Shown: positions 18,718-28,915, counted from the first letter of the stretch. The stretch: 64,000 nt of DNA from an archaeon (GCA_041650735.1 JBAZKP010000001.1:310754-374753); one strand, 5' to 3'. Numbers and translations: made by a program. The notes: a model not told the origin generated them from the letters alone.

Positions 18718-21700
18718 CTAATTAACATAATCAACAATATTTATTACTCCATACTGGTCGCCAGAAACACCTGTGCTGATTACCCCTGTTTCAATGCTTC
18801 TATCACTATAACCAGAATAATTTTGCCCAACAAACCTTGCTTTTAACAAGTTTCCTTCAATCCAAACAATGACCGAACCTTCGATTAACTTTGTTGAACC
18901 ATTCGCTTTTACACTCTTAATTTGGATTGTATTATCAGTGCTTGTTTTTCCTAATTCTACCCCTTCGTTTAATTGGCAAACATTATAACCTCCACTGCTC
19001 AATTCCCCTTCATCATAATAAGTACATTTAACCCACTCATTACATTCTTCAACACTAGGTGCTTCATCGAAAGGAGCGTATGTTGCGCAAAGAGGAGAGA
19101 ATCGTGAAGACTCAATAACCGGTTTTAAAATTAATTCGAACTCTCCATTAGATTTTCTTACTAATGCGTAACACGATCCCGCACCAACACAGTCCCCTGT
19201 CCAAAACCCTTTGCTTAAATCAAAACCAATCCAAGGGAAAGGAGTACTAGTCATAGCTACAAGTAAATCACTGATTTCTTTTGTAGTAATAGGACCTGCT
19301 TCATCGCTAACATAATTACTCCTAATAATGTCTCCTGTAATTCCTTCAAAGAATCCTTTCTGGCAATGTTCTTCAGCAGAACCAATTCCTGTTGCAGGCA
19401 TGAATTGCCTTGTAACCCAAAACACGTGGCTCCCTTCATTAAATCCTTTAAGGAAACCTGCAAGACCTTGTTTATTGTAAAGGCAATACTTTTGCTTAGC
19501 AGCCAAAACCGCATCATTCGTTTTTTCATTCTCAGTAATACTCAATCCTGTACAATCAGTAGAAGTAGGTAGTGTTGAAGGAGTCATGAGAGTATAAGCT
19601 CCGCAAAGAGGAAGGTAATGGTTTGAGTCAGTTGGAGAAGCAGGCACAGGAAGAATTGTTCCATCAGGCCCCCTTACTAGTGCTGTACAAGTAATAGGAC
19701 CTAAACTAACAAAACCATCTGGGTGTTCAAAAAGAGTATAATCCGGTTTTATGTTTGTTTCAAAACAATCTCCTGTCCAAAAACCTTTGGTTATATCATT
19801 ACCTGCCCATGAATAAAGCGTGCTACTTATTGCAGTCATCAACTCATCAAATTCGCTATCACTAATATAACCATATTTAAACAAGGAAAACGGTGATAAG
19901 AGATAACCGGGTTGACCCTCAAAGAAACCTTGTTGGCAATATTCTTCAGCAGAACCAATTCCTGCTTTTGGCATTGTCTGTGCTTTAGTCCAATAAACTT
20001 TTCCAGTAGAGTTGAGTTGAGTTTTAGTTTCAGGGTACGTAAATCCTACAGGAATAGTTTTTATTTTCTGACAATACTGCCTCATCTCATCAACAACACC
20101 GCTATTCGACACCTTACCAAAGTTTTTTAGCACATAAGTCATTCCCTCAACAGGATAAATAGTGTAATCCCCAAAGTTAGTGCTAATACTAATGTTATCA
20201 TATTTTGGAGCAAAAGAATCCAAATCAACTCCTTCAAATGCTGAAGAAGCCTTTGGTATATAATAATCCTCAAAAGCAGTGTACTGGCAAGAATTATTAA
20301 TCGTGAAACCAGTCTCTGGATTTGTTTCATACAAATTGAATACGTCCTTAGAAATAGCAAAACACTCATTAGGATTAGAAACATGTACTTTTAGAGTTTC
20401 AGCTATAGAATATTTTTTTGAAGTATTAGCGTTCTTTGCTTTTACATAAATAGGGAATACTCCAAGAATATCAGAAAAGCTTACACTTGAAGAATAACCC
20501 TTGTTTACTCCTTTGATTAAAACATTGCACTCCTTGTTAGGAGAAAGAGAACCTGTTGGGCAATTATTAGTCATTACAAGTCCTGACTCAATTGAAAGAC
20601 TTACGGGGAAAGGGCAAGTGCTTTTTATAACTAAATTAGCATCTGTATTCCAATTAATGCTCGTTTCCTTTGGTTCAAGCTCGCCTATAGAACTTGGGAA
20701 ATAAGCTTTAACACAAGCAAGACTCTGATCCATTATTCCCCCTGAACCAGCAGGAAGCGTTAAAGAAAGATTCTCATACGAGGAATCAGTAGGATAAACA
20801 TCAACATCCAAGCAATCCGTTTTGTAAGCATAAATATCATTTATTATTTTGCTAAAATAATTCCCATTAATGTCACCAGTACTAACCCATTCACTGAACA
20901 CGTTAGTAGAGTTTGTGGTTTTACAATTTCTTTTTGCTTCCAAGAATACTCCTGAAATTCCAACCGGAACGTTTCCAGGCAAGCCAAAAACTTCTCCATC
21001 AAACTTCTGGTCCATCACACCAGCTAGGAATTTTGCTCCAATAAGCTTCAATTTTCTCGCAGTTGACTTAGTGTTAATAAACAACAAATAATTTCCATCA
21101 CTTGTCTGTGCCTCAATAACAATGTAAGAAGTAACATTAGGTGCTGACGAATAAAAATTGGTTATCGGTGAATAATTCCTGCTATAAGGACTCAGACTCA
21201 TTGTTGCAACAGTTTTTGATGAAGCACCTGTTAGGGAATCAAATTTTATTTTATCTGAAAGAGTGCCGGAACTAAAAGATTCAATTGCGCCAGAATAAGA
21301 GTACACCCTCACATTAACATCAGTCATACTAACTACAGAATTATTGTACAAAGAAACCTCTAGTGTATTGCCTGTATCATGCTCTATTTTAGCTGTTCCA
21401 GAATCATTTTTATAGAATTTTTTTGAATCATTTTCGAAAGGATAACTAGAACTATTAGTATCAATACTATTAATTTTGACATCAAAAAACAATTTTGGGC
21501 AATTTGAATCAAGGGATGAATCACAAACAGGAGCGCCTACTTTAAATGAAATCCTCCCCTTATCCTCTGAAACAATAGTTGAGTGCTTTTCTTTTGCACT
21601 GAAATTAATGTCAAGGAAATCATTGTCCTTTGCATTATCCATCGAAAATTCTACAACAAAATTATAAGTTCCTTTAACCAGAGTTCCTTGCCACTGGATA

Positions 21701-24045
21701 CCCGCTTGTCTTCCTGGGCTTACAGAATTATTCCTAATATAATAACTGTCAGGGTTAGGGGTTTGTTCAACAGGAGCACTTGCATAAATTTCGTTATCTT
21801 TATAAAATAAAGGAGTATGATAAGGCATATTGGTAATCCAAGCCTTGTTGTTGAATATTATAGAACCAAACAAGTCAGAGTAACTCAAATCCTTGTTTAT
21901 TACAGCATCAATCCTCGCAAAATACTTTCCTTCTTTGTTTAGTATTCCTAAAAACCTGTTACTCTTTGCATCATAAGTATTACTATCATACAATCCGTTA
22001 AAGAAAACATTCACATTATTGTCAAGCATACTCACAGGGTAAAGTCTCACTGTGTAATTATTTTCCCCAATATTCAAAGTACCAGAAGGGATTTCAATGA
22101 AATTAGAAGCATAACCACTCAAGTCAATAGTAACCAATAAGTGGTTTAATCTTTCATACCCTGCACTTACAAAGTACCCGCTTTGGTAAGCAAGAACCTC
22201 TGTGGGAGAGCTAGGAATTGAGGAAAATTTTTCTGAATCAGAAAATAATTTTACAGTTGCAGTGCTAGCATTTAAAATTGAGTTCTGATTATAGTTAACC
22301 AACCGGATTCTTACGAAAGAAGCATTTAGATTAATATTGACATCAAGGTTAATTGTTTGGTTTACATCAAGAGATTTTTTTGCAGAAAAATCCGAAACAA
22401 TTCCGCTAAGTTTGGCGCTCGCAAAATATGTTCCTGCAGGAAGCCCGGTAAAGAGAGAAGCGCCAGCAGAATTAGTTAACAAAGGGTCTTTTCGGACATG
22501 AATCTCGTTTATTCTAAGAGAAGAAGAATTATAGTAAAGGGAAGCCTCTGCTCCATACAATGCTCTCTGGTCAGATTTGCTTTTCACACTCACTTTTGCA
22601 AAACCACTGTTCGAACCAGAAACTTTTTCAAGGTAAACAATTTCAGGACCCTCACCAATCTTAAAAAAAACAGGCTTGATGAACTTGTAGACGTACCCGT
22701 CCTTGTAAATAGAAGCAACTCTTTTTCCATCATAAATAACATTTGTATTCATGGAAACAATTCCTGAAGAATCAGTCAAACAACTCTTACTCTCAATCCC
22801 TGTCTGTGTTATGCAATTCTCGCCAGATTCTCCTGTGACATAAGTCCCGTTAACATCAGTACTTGTATATTGAATAAACAATTTTGCGCCTTGGACAGGA
22901 GTATTGTGGTCAGATTCCTCAAGAACCTTAATTCTTAGGTACCTAATATTTCTTGGATCAACTTTCTCCATTTCTATTTCTATTGAAGAAGAAACCCCTG
23001 CGGAAATAGTAATCGTTTTTCTTTGATCGACATCAATGGAAAGATAAGTTCCGTCAAAAATTGAAGCAATTACTGTGTAAGTACCAGGAAGAAGCGAAGT
23101 CATTGATACTCCTCCATTATCAGTCCTTGCGTTTGCTGCAGTCCCTCCAACAGAGTCAAGGAAAGAAATATTGATTCCAGGAATCATTTTTTTTGGAGAA
23201 GAACTTTTTTCAGAAACAAAAACCATTGCAGTACCAGTACCAGCAGGATATGCTGTTAAACTAATAGAGTTTTTGCTTGCAGGCAAAGGCTTTGAAACTC
23301 CTGACAAAGGTTCATACCCTGGAGCAGAAGCCTCAACAGCAATAAATTCACAATTAGGTTCATTCAAAGTAAATTCGCCATCAAGTGCCCCGTCATCATT
23401 ATCTTTCACAATTTTTTCGGAAATATTTTTATTATTACATTTGAAAACAATTTCAGCCACTCCTGTAGAATCAATAATTGTTACTCCTGAACCAGAATCA
23501 ATTAACTCAGCAATAGTACTGTCAGGATAAGAAAAATCAGCAGGAACAGGGGATAAAGAAATTTGTGCATTCCTCGAACTGAGATTCACTTCCTGGTCCT
23601 TGACTTTGTTATACCCTGTTTTTTCAGCGGAAATAATGGCAGAAACATCTTCCTCAGAAGGGAAAATCATTTGCCCAAGCATTTCATAAGTGTTTCTTGT
23701 ATTTCCTGAAATAGTTAGAATTGTAGTTCCATCAGAACCAGTTATTTCACTAAACAAATCTCCATTAATTGTTCCTGAAAGCTTAACAGTAGGCAGAGTC
23801 TTATTTGTTTTAGCATCAATGGTTGTAAAAGTAACATCATAAGGGGAATTGAATTGAATAAGGTACCCAACGAAAACCATCATGAAAAGAACTAAAAGCA
23901 GAAAAAGAACAAAACTCGGAACAACTTTATCAATAGGGTCAATTACTTTGTAAATAGGGGCTTTTCCATCAATCTTATCAAGGACATCATACCACTTATC
24001 TTCAAAGAAGTAATATATTCCCTTAAGTGAACTCCCCAAACCCAT
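18718..24045 (-). CDS. Giant (1775 aa) N-terminally anchored surface protein with carboxypeptidase-regulatory-like beta-sandwich repeats and a duplicated C-terminal Cys module
   Basis: Single TM near residue 45-62; repeated T(D/N)xxG...LPxGTY patterns; two copies of GIGSAEExCQxGFFEG...KGFWTGDC. Confidence 0.8.
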   Translation of the reverse strand: MGLGSSLKGIYYFFEDKWYDVLDKIDGKAPIYKVIDPIDKVVPSFVLFLLLVLFMMVFVGYLIQFNSPYDVTFTTIDAKTNKTLPTVKLSGTINGDLFSEITGSDGTTILTISGNTRNTYEMLGQMIFPSEEDVSAIISAEKTGYNKVKDQEVNLSSRNAQISLSPVPADFSYPDSTIAELIDSGSGVTIIDSTGVAEIVFKCNNKNISEKIVKDNDDGALDGEFTLNEPNCEFIAVEASAPGYEPLSGVSKPLPASKNSISLTAYPAGTGTAMVFVSEKSSSPKKMIPGINISFLDSVGGTAANARTDNGGVSMTSLLPGTYTVIASIFDGTYLSIDVDQRKTITISAGVSSSIEIEMEKVDPRNIRYLRIKVLEESDHNTPVQGAKLFIQYTSTDVNGTYVTGESGENCITQTGIESKSCLTDSSGIVSMNTNVIYDGKRVASIYKDGYVYKFIKPVFFKIGEGPEIVYLEKVSGSNSGFAKVSVKSKSDQRALYGAEASLYYNSSSLRINEIHVRKDPLLTNSAGASLFTGLPAGTYFASAKLSGIVSDFSAKKSLDVNQTINLDVNINLNASFVRIRLVNYNQNSILNASTATVKLFSDSEKFSSIPSSPTEVLAYQSGYFVSAGYERLNHLLVTIDLSGYASNFIEIPSGTLNIGENNYTVRLYPVSMLDNNVNVFFNGLYDSNTYDAKSNRFLGILNKEGKYFARIDAVINKDLSYSDLFGSIIFNNKAWITNMPYHTPLFYKDNEIYASAPVEQTPNPDSYYIRNNSVSPGRQAGIQWQGTLVKGTYNFVVEFSMDNAKDNDFLDINFSAKEKHSTIVSEDKGRISFKVGAPVCDSSLDSNCPKLFFDVKINSIDTNSSSYPFENDSKKFYKNDSGTAKIEHDTGNTLEVSLYNNSVVSMTDVNVRVYSYSGAIESFSSGTLSDKIKFDSLTGASSKTVATMSLSPYSRNYSPITNFYSSAPNVTSYIVIEAQTSDGNYLLFINTKSTARKLKLIGAKFLAGVMDQKFDGEVFGLPGNVPVGISGVFLEAKRNCKTTNSTNVFSEWVSTGDINGNYFSKIINDIYAYKTDCLDVDVYPTDSSYENLSLTLPAGSGGIMDQSLACVKAYFPSSIGELEPKETSINWNTDANLVIKSTCPFPVSLSIESGLVMTNNCPTGSLSPNKECNVLIKGVNKGYSSSVSFSDILGVFPIYVKAKNANTSKKYSIAETLKVHVSNPNECFAISKDVFNLYETNPETGFTINNSCQYTAFEDYYIPKASSAFEGVDLDSFAPKYDNISISTNFGDYTIYPVEGMTYVLKNFGKVSNSGVVDEMRQYCQKIKTIPVGFTYPETKTQLNSTGKVYWTKAQTMPKAGIGSAEEYCQQGFFEGQPGYLLSPFSLFKYGYISDSEFDELMTAISSTLYSWAGNDITKGFWTGDCFETNIKPDYTLFEHPDGFVSLGPITCTALVRGPDGTILPVPASPTDSNHYLPLCGAYTLMTPSTLPTSTDCTGLSITENEKTNDAVLAAKQKYCLYNKQGLAGFLKGFNEGSHVFWVTRQFMPATGIGSAEEHCQKGFFEGITGDIIRSNYVSDEAGPITTKEISDLLVAMTSTPFPWIGFDLSKGFWTGDCVGAGSCYALVRKSNGEFELILKPVIESSRFSPLCATYAPFDEAPSVEECNEWVKCTYYDEGELSSGGYNVCQLNEGVELGKTSTDNTIQIKSVKANGSTKLIEGSVIVWIEGNLLKARFVGQNYSGYSDRSIETGVISTGVSGDQYGVINIVDYVN
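19195..20003 (-). repeat. Internal duplication of about 191 aa (about 573 bp offset) in the 1775-aa protein
   Basis: TTCTTCAGCAGAACCAATTCCTG shared at about 19369 and about 19942; CCTGTCCAAAAxCCTTTG shared at about 19196 and about 19771. Confidence 0.8.
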
Positions 24046-24103
24046 TAAACCACTAACCTAGTAACCTAGTATAGCTATAATATAATAGAAAGTGGTTAAG
24101 TAA

Positions 24104-26233
24104 TTAATAAAGGTTTTGTTGAGTACTTTTAGTTACAACCTGCTTTGAGGAAAGCTGTTTTTCGAGCTGATTTGCAACCAATTTTCCAAGCAAAGACTCA
24201 ACCTTATGCAAATTGTTTTTTACCTCGCTTGGCTTCCTAATCCCTGCATTAAAGAGTTTTCTTGCTCTTACCCTACCAATACCACGCAGTTCAACCAGCA
24301 AAAGCAATTCTTCTTTCACCCCATGCTTAATCCTCTTCCCAAGTTTTTGTGCTTGCACTAAATGTCTATCCTGTCCAAGGACCTTAGATAACTCAATAGT
24401 TGAGTAAGAAAGCCACTCAATAACCTGGGTTTTCCCGAAAAGCAAACCAGGAGCTAAACCAAAATCCTTAAACAATTCCTGTTCCTTTTTCTCATTAACC
24501 CATTTTTCAATCATTAATGCGGAAAAAAACTTTTCCAAAGATTCAGGTTCGAACAAAACTTTTTCCTGGGCAAAGGGCAACTCATCCAATCTGTTTGATA
24601 ATTCCTCCATAAGTAAAGCATGGCTGTTCTTAGGAGCACGCATCCAGGGAGAAAACTCCATGCAATTCACCCAAGAATAAAGATAAGAAAAAGAAGTAAA
24701 AGTTTTTTTTGCTGACAACGCCTTAATCAATTCAAAAGCCGAATCAGGGTCAAGGAAAAGGTCTGAAACACGCCTGCCTAAAAGAGTAGAGGAAAAAACT
24801 TCTCCCTTTCGTTCAACAAATTTATACTCAACAAGAGAATCAACTATCCCAAGAACATTATCAAGCAATTCCCCCATGTTCTGGAACTGATGAGCATACA
24901 AAGTTTTCTCAAAAAAAGCCTCAATGCTTTTTATATCATAAATATAGTTTGTTGCAATAAGCGCAAGAACATGCGTCCTAAGAATAGGAATAATAGAGAG
25001 CTTGGATTCAATAGGTTCTATTTGTCCGTTAATATATTTCTCCATAAACAAATCTTTCTGCTGATCAGAAGAAGCAATTAAAATAGATTTTCCCTCAGTG
25101 GAATACTTTGGCCTCCCAGCCCTTCCAACCATCTGCTTAACCTCCCTTGTAGAAATTAATTCCATCCCATATTTCTCAAACCTGTAAAGGCTTGGAATCA
25201 ATACAATGTCGGCTGGCGTGTTAACCCCTGCTGCAAGAGTAGGTGTAGCGCAAATAATTTTTATTTTTCCATTCCTAAAATTTTCCTCCACAATTTCTCT
25301 TTGAGTATTCATTAATCCTGCATGATGAAAAGCCGCGCCGAGCTTAATGGTTTCAGCAAGAGAAGAACACTGTTCCGTCGGAGACTCAAGAGCATTTAAT
25401 GCTTTCTCAGCAGCTTTATCCAAATGAATTTTATTTTTTTCCTCAACAAAATCTTTTGTTGTTTCCGAAATTTTTTTAGCCATTTGCTCAGCCCTCTTTC
25501 TTGAATTCATGAAAACAAGTAATTGCTTTTCTTCCTTCAAATTTTTCTGGATTATTTCCTCCAAAGAACCTTTCTCATTAGAACCATCATTAAATTCAGT
25601 TTCAGTTTCAAGCAACACTCCTTCACGTAATTTTACAGGCCTGTAATCTGATTGAACAAGCTCTGCACTAAGCCACTGGGAAAGTTCTTTTGAATTAGGG
25701 ATAGTTGCACTCAAACCAAGAATCATTAATTTAGGATTATTGAGACGCATCTGCGTTAACGCAATCTCAAGAACAGGCCCCCTATCCGAATCCAGCTCGT
25801 GAATCTCATCAACAATAATGCATCCAACTTCCTTTAACCAATCAGATTTATGCCTCAACAAACTCGCGAGCTTTTCATAAGTAGTCATAATTACATCAAA
25901 ATTTTTTAAATAAGAACTGCTTGAATCCAAATCACCAGTAGAAACAGCAAACTTTATTTTTGATTCACTTCCCTGCTCAGAGTATTTTTTTTTAAAATCA
26001 GAGTAATGCTCAGAAGCAAGCGCACGCAAAGGACAAGTGTAAATAACTTTTTTGTTTTTATTCAAAACCTCTTCAAGCATAAAGAGTTCAGCAATAATTG
26101 TTTTCCCGCTCGCAGTAGGAGCGGAAACAACAAGATTTTTTTCAAAACCCTTCCTAATACATTGTTCCTGCATGGGATTAAATTTTTCAAAACCATTTGC
26201 CTTAAGGACAAGCTCATTTATTTCATAATACAT
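24104..26233 (-). CDS. hel308: Ski2-like DNA helicase Hel308/Hjm
   Basis: APTASGKT, DEIH, GLSAT, ATPTLAAGVN, QMVGRAGRP, C-terminal HhH (LRGIGRVRAR); ATG 26233. Confidence 0.92.
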   Translation of the reverse strand: MYYEINELVLKANGFEKFNPMQEQCIRKGFEKNLVVSAPTASGKTIIAELFMLEEVLNKNKKVIYTCPLRALASEHYSDFKKKYSEQGSESKIKFAVSTGDLDSSSSYLKNFDVIMTTYEKLASLLRHKSDWLKEVGCIIVDEIHELDSDRGPVLEIALTQMRLNNPKLMILGLSATIPNSKELSQWLSAELVQSDYRPVKLREGVLLETETEFNDGSNEKGSLEEIIQKNLKEEKQLLVFMNSRKRAEQMAKKISETTKDFVEEKNKIHLDKAAEKALNALESPTEQCSSLAETIKLGAAFHHAGLMNTQREIVEENFRNGKIKIICATPTLAAGVNTPADIVLIPSLYRFEKYGMELISTREVKQMVGRAGRPKYSTEGKSILIASSDQQKDLFMEKYINGQIEPIESKLSIIPILRTHVLALIATNYIYDIKSIEAFFEKTLYAHQFQNMGELLDNVLGIVDSLVEYKFVERKGEVFSSTLLGRRVSDLFLDPDSAFELIKALSAKKTFTSFSYLYSWVNCMEFSPWMRAPKNSHALLMEELSNRLDELPFAQEKVLFEPESLEKFFSALMIEKWVNEKKEQELFKDFGLAPGLLFGKTQVIEWLSYSTIELSKVLGQDRHLVQAQKLGKRIKHGVKEELLLLVELRGIGRVRARKLFNAGIRKPSEVKNNLHKVESLLGKLVANQLEKQLSSKQVVTKSTQQNLY

Positions 26234-26274
26234 AAAAAAAGAATTATTCAAGAGAGTTAAAAAACTAAGCACAG

Positions 26275-27117
26275 CTATTTGCCGGCGCTGGTTTTTGCAA
26301 GCGCAATCCTTACTTTTTCTTCATCATCAGGATTCGTTACCCCAAACCATTGATCGTTGGTGGGAAGAAGTTTCATAGAGATTTTTTTTTCTTTAATTAA
26401 ATTGCCTAACTCAACAGGAAGCAAACACTCAATTTTCCTATCCCCTTTATGCTCCTCTTTGAATGAATCAAGTTTTTTGCTGAGCAAATCAAGTACTTGG
26501 GGAGTAAGACCAAATAAATTCATACTGCATAAATTTTTTTCATTCAACCCATTTTCATTCAACTTTGTTTTCTCTATATCAAAAATCTCTGCAATTTCTT
26601 CAACAAATCCTTTTTCATTTATTTTGAATATGCCTCTGTTTGTTTTTCCTTTCTCAGGAATCACTTTACCAAGTTCATAACCAATTGAAACACATTCATT
26701 TGCAGAAGAGTTTTCTAAAAAATCATGCGCAGCTTTCAAAGCTTTTTCTCCATACAAATCATCCCCATTGCACACAACAAAATTATTTTTAATAATTTTT
26801 TTTGCAGAAACAAGCGCATCAACAGTACCCCAAGGCTTATCCCTCTCATTTGGATTAAATTCTTGTTTAGCATAATTAATAGGAATTTTTAAATAATTAT
26901 TTCCAAATTTCTGCCTGAATGGTTCCTCTGTTTTTTCCCCGACAATGAAAACAATTTCATTAAAACATGCTTTAATTGCCTGTTGCATTGAAACCTCAAT
27001 AAGGGTTTCATTATTTGGGCCAATCTGTGCGAATTGTTTTATTTTTCCGCCAAAACGGGAAGACAAGCCAGCAACCATGTAAACAATAGAAATTTTTTTA
27101 GAAGGAATCATAACCAA
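26275..27117 (-). CDS. Sugar-phosphate nucleotidyltransferase family protein
   Basis: MVAGLSSRFGGKIKQ, KPWGT, VCNGDDLYG and WFGVTNPDD motifs; bacterial-type NTP transferase. Confidence 0.8.
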   Translation of the reverse strand: MVMIPSKKISIVYMVAGLSSRFGGKIKQFAQIGPNNETLIEVSMQQAIKACFNEIVFIVGEKTEEPFRQKFGNNYLKIPINYAKQEFNPNERDKPWGTVDALVSAKKIIKNNFVVCNGDDLYGEKALKAAHDFLENSSANECVSIGYELGKVIPEKGKTNRGIFKINEKGFVEEIAEIFDIEKTKLNENGLNEKNLCSMNLFGLTPQVLDLLSKKLDSFKEEHKGDRKIECLLPVELGNLIKEKKISMKLLPTNDQWFGVTNPDDEEKVRIALAKTSAGK

Positions 27118-27171
27118 TTCAACACTAAGGAATAATTAATTTTACTTTTATTAAACTTAGTGGTGCGATTA

Positions 27172-27402
27172 TCAGTTCTCTTTTATTGCAACAAAATGAT
27201 ACGCTTCCTGTAAAGCAAGAATAGCTTTCGGCAAATCATCAGTACGCAAAGAATTAGTTTTCTTCCAATCCTCGCCAGCCTTATAATTTCTTTCCATTGT
27301 TGTAGTGAAAAACTTTTTTCCTTCTTTGGAAGAGTTCTCCCAAACAGCAACTTCTACCGCGCCAACCTTTACTTTCTTTACCGGACCATTATTTTCAACC
27401 AT
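27172..27402 (-). CDS. Small PC4/SpoVG-like putative ssDNA-binding protein
   Basis: 76 aa VKVGAVEVAVWEN...RNYKAGEDWKKTNSL...DLPKA beta-beta-beta-alpha pattern; strong GGAGGT SD. Confidence 0.55.
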   Translation of the reverse strand: MVENNGPVKKVKVGAVEVAVWENSSKEGKKFFTTTMERNYKAGEDWKKTNSLRTDDLPKAILALQEAYHFVAIKEN

Positions 27403-27517
27403 AATATTACCTCCATTATTTTAAATTAATATAATTTTGTGTGGGAGTTACAGGAGGAAACAATAATTAGCGCCTTACAGCAGGGTGATGCGCTTGGCGC
27501 TATTATTGCTCCATCAA

Positions 27518-27595
27518 TTACATCTTAATATATGAAAAATTTGGTACTCTCATACCCGTAGCTTCAACAAACCTCATTATTCTTGATTCAACCAT
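27518..27595 (-). CDS. Unannotated 25-aa small ORF MVESRIMRFVEATGMRVPNFSYIKM
   Basis: ATG at 27595 with AGGTGAGGTG SD 5 nt upstream; TAA at 27520-27518; below the ORF-track length cutoff. Confidence 0.45.
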   Translation of the reverse strand: MVESRIMRFVEATGMRVPNFSYIKM

Positions 27596-27600
27596 ACTAA

Positions 27601-27681
27601 CACCTCACCTTGATTTTAAGAGGGCTCTAAAAAGAGCCCACTAATTCAAAGTACATTAAACCTATTTTTTTTGTATATAAA
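27601..27681 (-). promoter_or_regulatory. TATA box, 5' UTR hairpin and SD in front of the small ORF / PC4-like unit
   Basis: TTTATATA at 27681-27674; GGGCTCT-n4-AGAGCCC hairpin at about 27622-27639; SD at 27610-27601. Confidence 0.45.
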
Positions 27682-27715
27682 CGATTTGGAGGTTCCATGC
27701 CGGCGGAAAAGAAAA

Positions 27716-28402
27716 TTAGGCAGGTCGAGCAGTGAAATACATTAACATCAAAATCAAAAATACTACCATGATAATTAGTACGACTATATGCAAAAATAAT
27801 ACTGCTGCCACAGCTTTAATAGTGCTTGTGTTGTATAATTTTTTTACTACTTTTACTGATAAATACAAGCTAATTATGATGAAAATTAAAGAAGCTATTA
27901 AAGAAAATCCCATTATAATGTTTTCACTGAGGGAATAGAATGATTCATTTTCCTGGAAAGAAAGCAAAACGATACTGATAAGCAAAACAATTATTTGTAA
28001 TGGAATTGAATAAGTTAATTGAATACTTGACAAAACTTTTACTATCGCGCCCAAAGTTTTACTTAAATTGCCTTTGCACTTTAATATAGTCAAAAGGAAA
28101 TGGATGGCAAAACAATTCAAAAAATAATTTACTACAGATGAAAAAAGACCAAAGAAAATAAAAACTATAAAAAGAATAGGTAAAGTAAAATCAGTACCAT
28201 CTGAATTAACCAAGGTTGGCAAAGGCCCGAAATACATTTTGATGCTGAGAGTAGCAACGCTAATCAACACCCCCAAAAAAAGCAAACCAAGAAAAAACGG
28301 AAAATCCTTGTTAAAGTTTAAGTCTTTTAAAAACTTGTCAACAGGAACACGAAACAAGGCAAACCTTACTAAATCCTTAGCATATTTCATCATAATATTC
28401 AC
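27716..28402 (-). CDS. Yip1-like multi-pass membrane protein
   Basis: Five hydrophobic segments with spacing like the Yip1 domain (LKCKGNLSKTL, KKLYNTSTIKAVAAV). Confidence 0.6.
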   Translation of the reverse strand: MNIMMKYAKDLVRFALFRVPVDKFLKDLNFNKDFPFFLGLLFLGVLISVATLSIKMYFGPLPTLVNSDGTDFTLPILFIVFIFFGLFSSVVNYFLNCFAIHFLLTILKCKGNLSKTLGAIVKVLSSIQLTYSIPLQIIVLLISIVLLSFQENESFYSLSENIIMGFSLIASLIFIIISLYLSVKVVKKLYNTSTIKAVAAVLFLHIVVLIIMVVFLILMLMYFTARPA

Positions 28403-28522
28403 TTAACACATTCTCTTTCCTATATTTATTCATTTGCTAAATTACGGCTTAATCAACTTTCTTTAATTACCTTAGCTTCAAACAAACCTGCCTCTTTCGA
28501 ATTCATCAAATTGCCTTGTGAA

Positions 28523-28915
28523 CTATTTATTGATAATAGCATCAAGTCTGCCCGAGATTTTTGCCCACTTAAGTTTTTTATAATTTGGGGGCAATATTGT
28601 ATTAATTTGTTCACCGCAGTCAACAACTATTTTGGTGCCTTTTCTTTTTATTTCGCCGCTTATTTCATATCGAAAATTTTGTAGTTGGTTGATTTTTTTT
28701 GCTGGTTTTGATAATACGTCAATATTTAATGGATTTATAAATAACGACACATCTATAATTTTTCCTTCAAGATTTTTACCCTTATTCAAGTCCCATTCTT
28801 TTGAATATCCTAATTCCGTAAAGTCGGGCAGGAAACAATGTACTTGCTTTTTATTTATTTCTAGCAAAGCACTATCGCCGCAGTTAAAAAGTTTTATTAT
28901 TTTTGCCGAGCTCAT
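28523..28915 (-). CDS. Putative immunity protein 3 (paralogue family of the toxin locus)
   Basis: Directly after orphan toxin tip with AGGTG SD; shares CF, YxxxGxI, DCG and GRLD motifs with 29569-30009 and the N-terminus of 30006-30785. Confidence 0.65.
   Translation of the reverse strand: MSSAKIIKLFNCGDSALLEINKKQVHCFLPDFTELGYSKEWDLNKGKNLEGKIIDVSLFINPLNIDVLSKPAKKINQLQNFRYEISGEIKRKGTKIVVDCGEQINTILPPNYKKLKWAKISGRLDAIINK

Noticed and set aside
19195-20003. Duplicated lectin-like module as a diversity-generating retroelement TR/VR pair
   Set aside because: Differences between copies are not adenine-specific in one direction, both copies are in frame in one gene, and no reverse transcriptase is in the window
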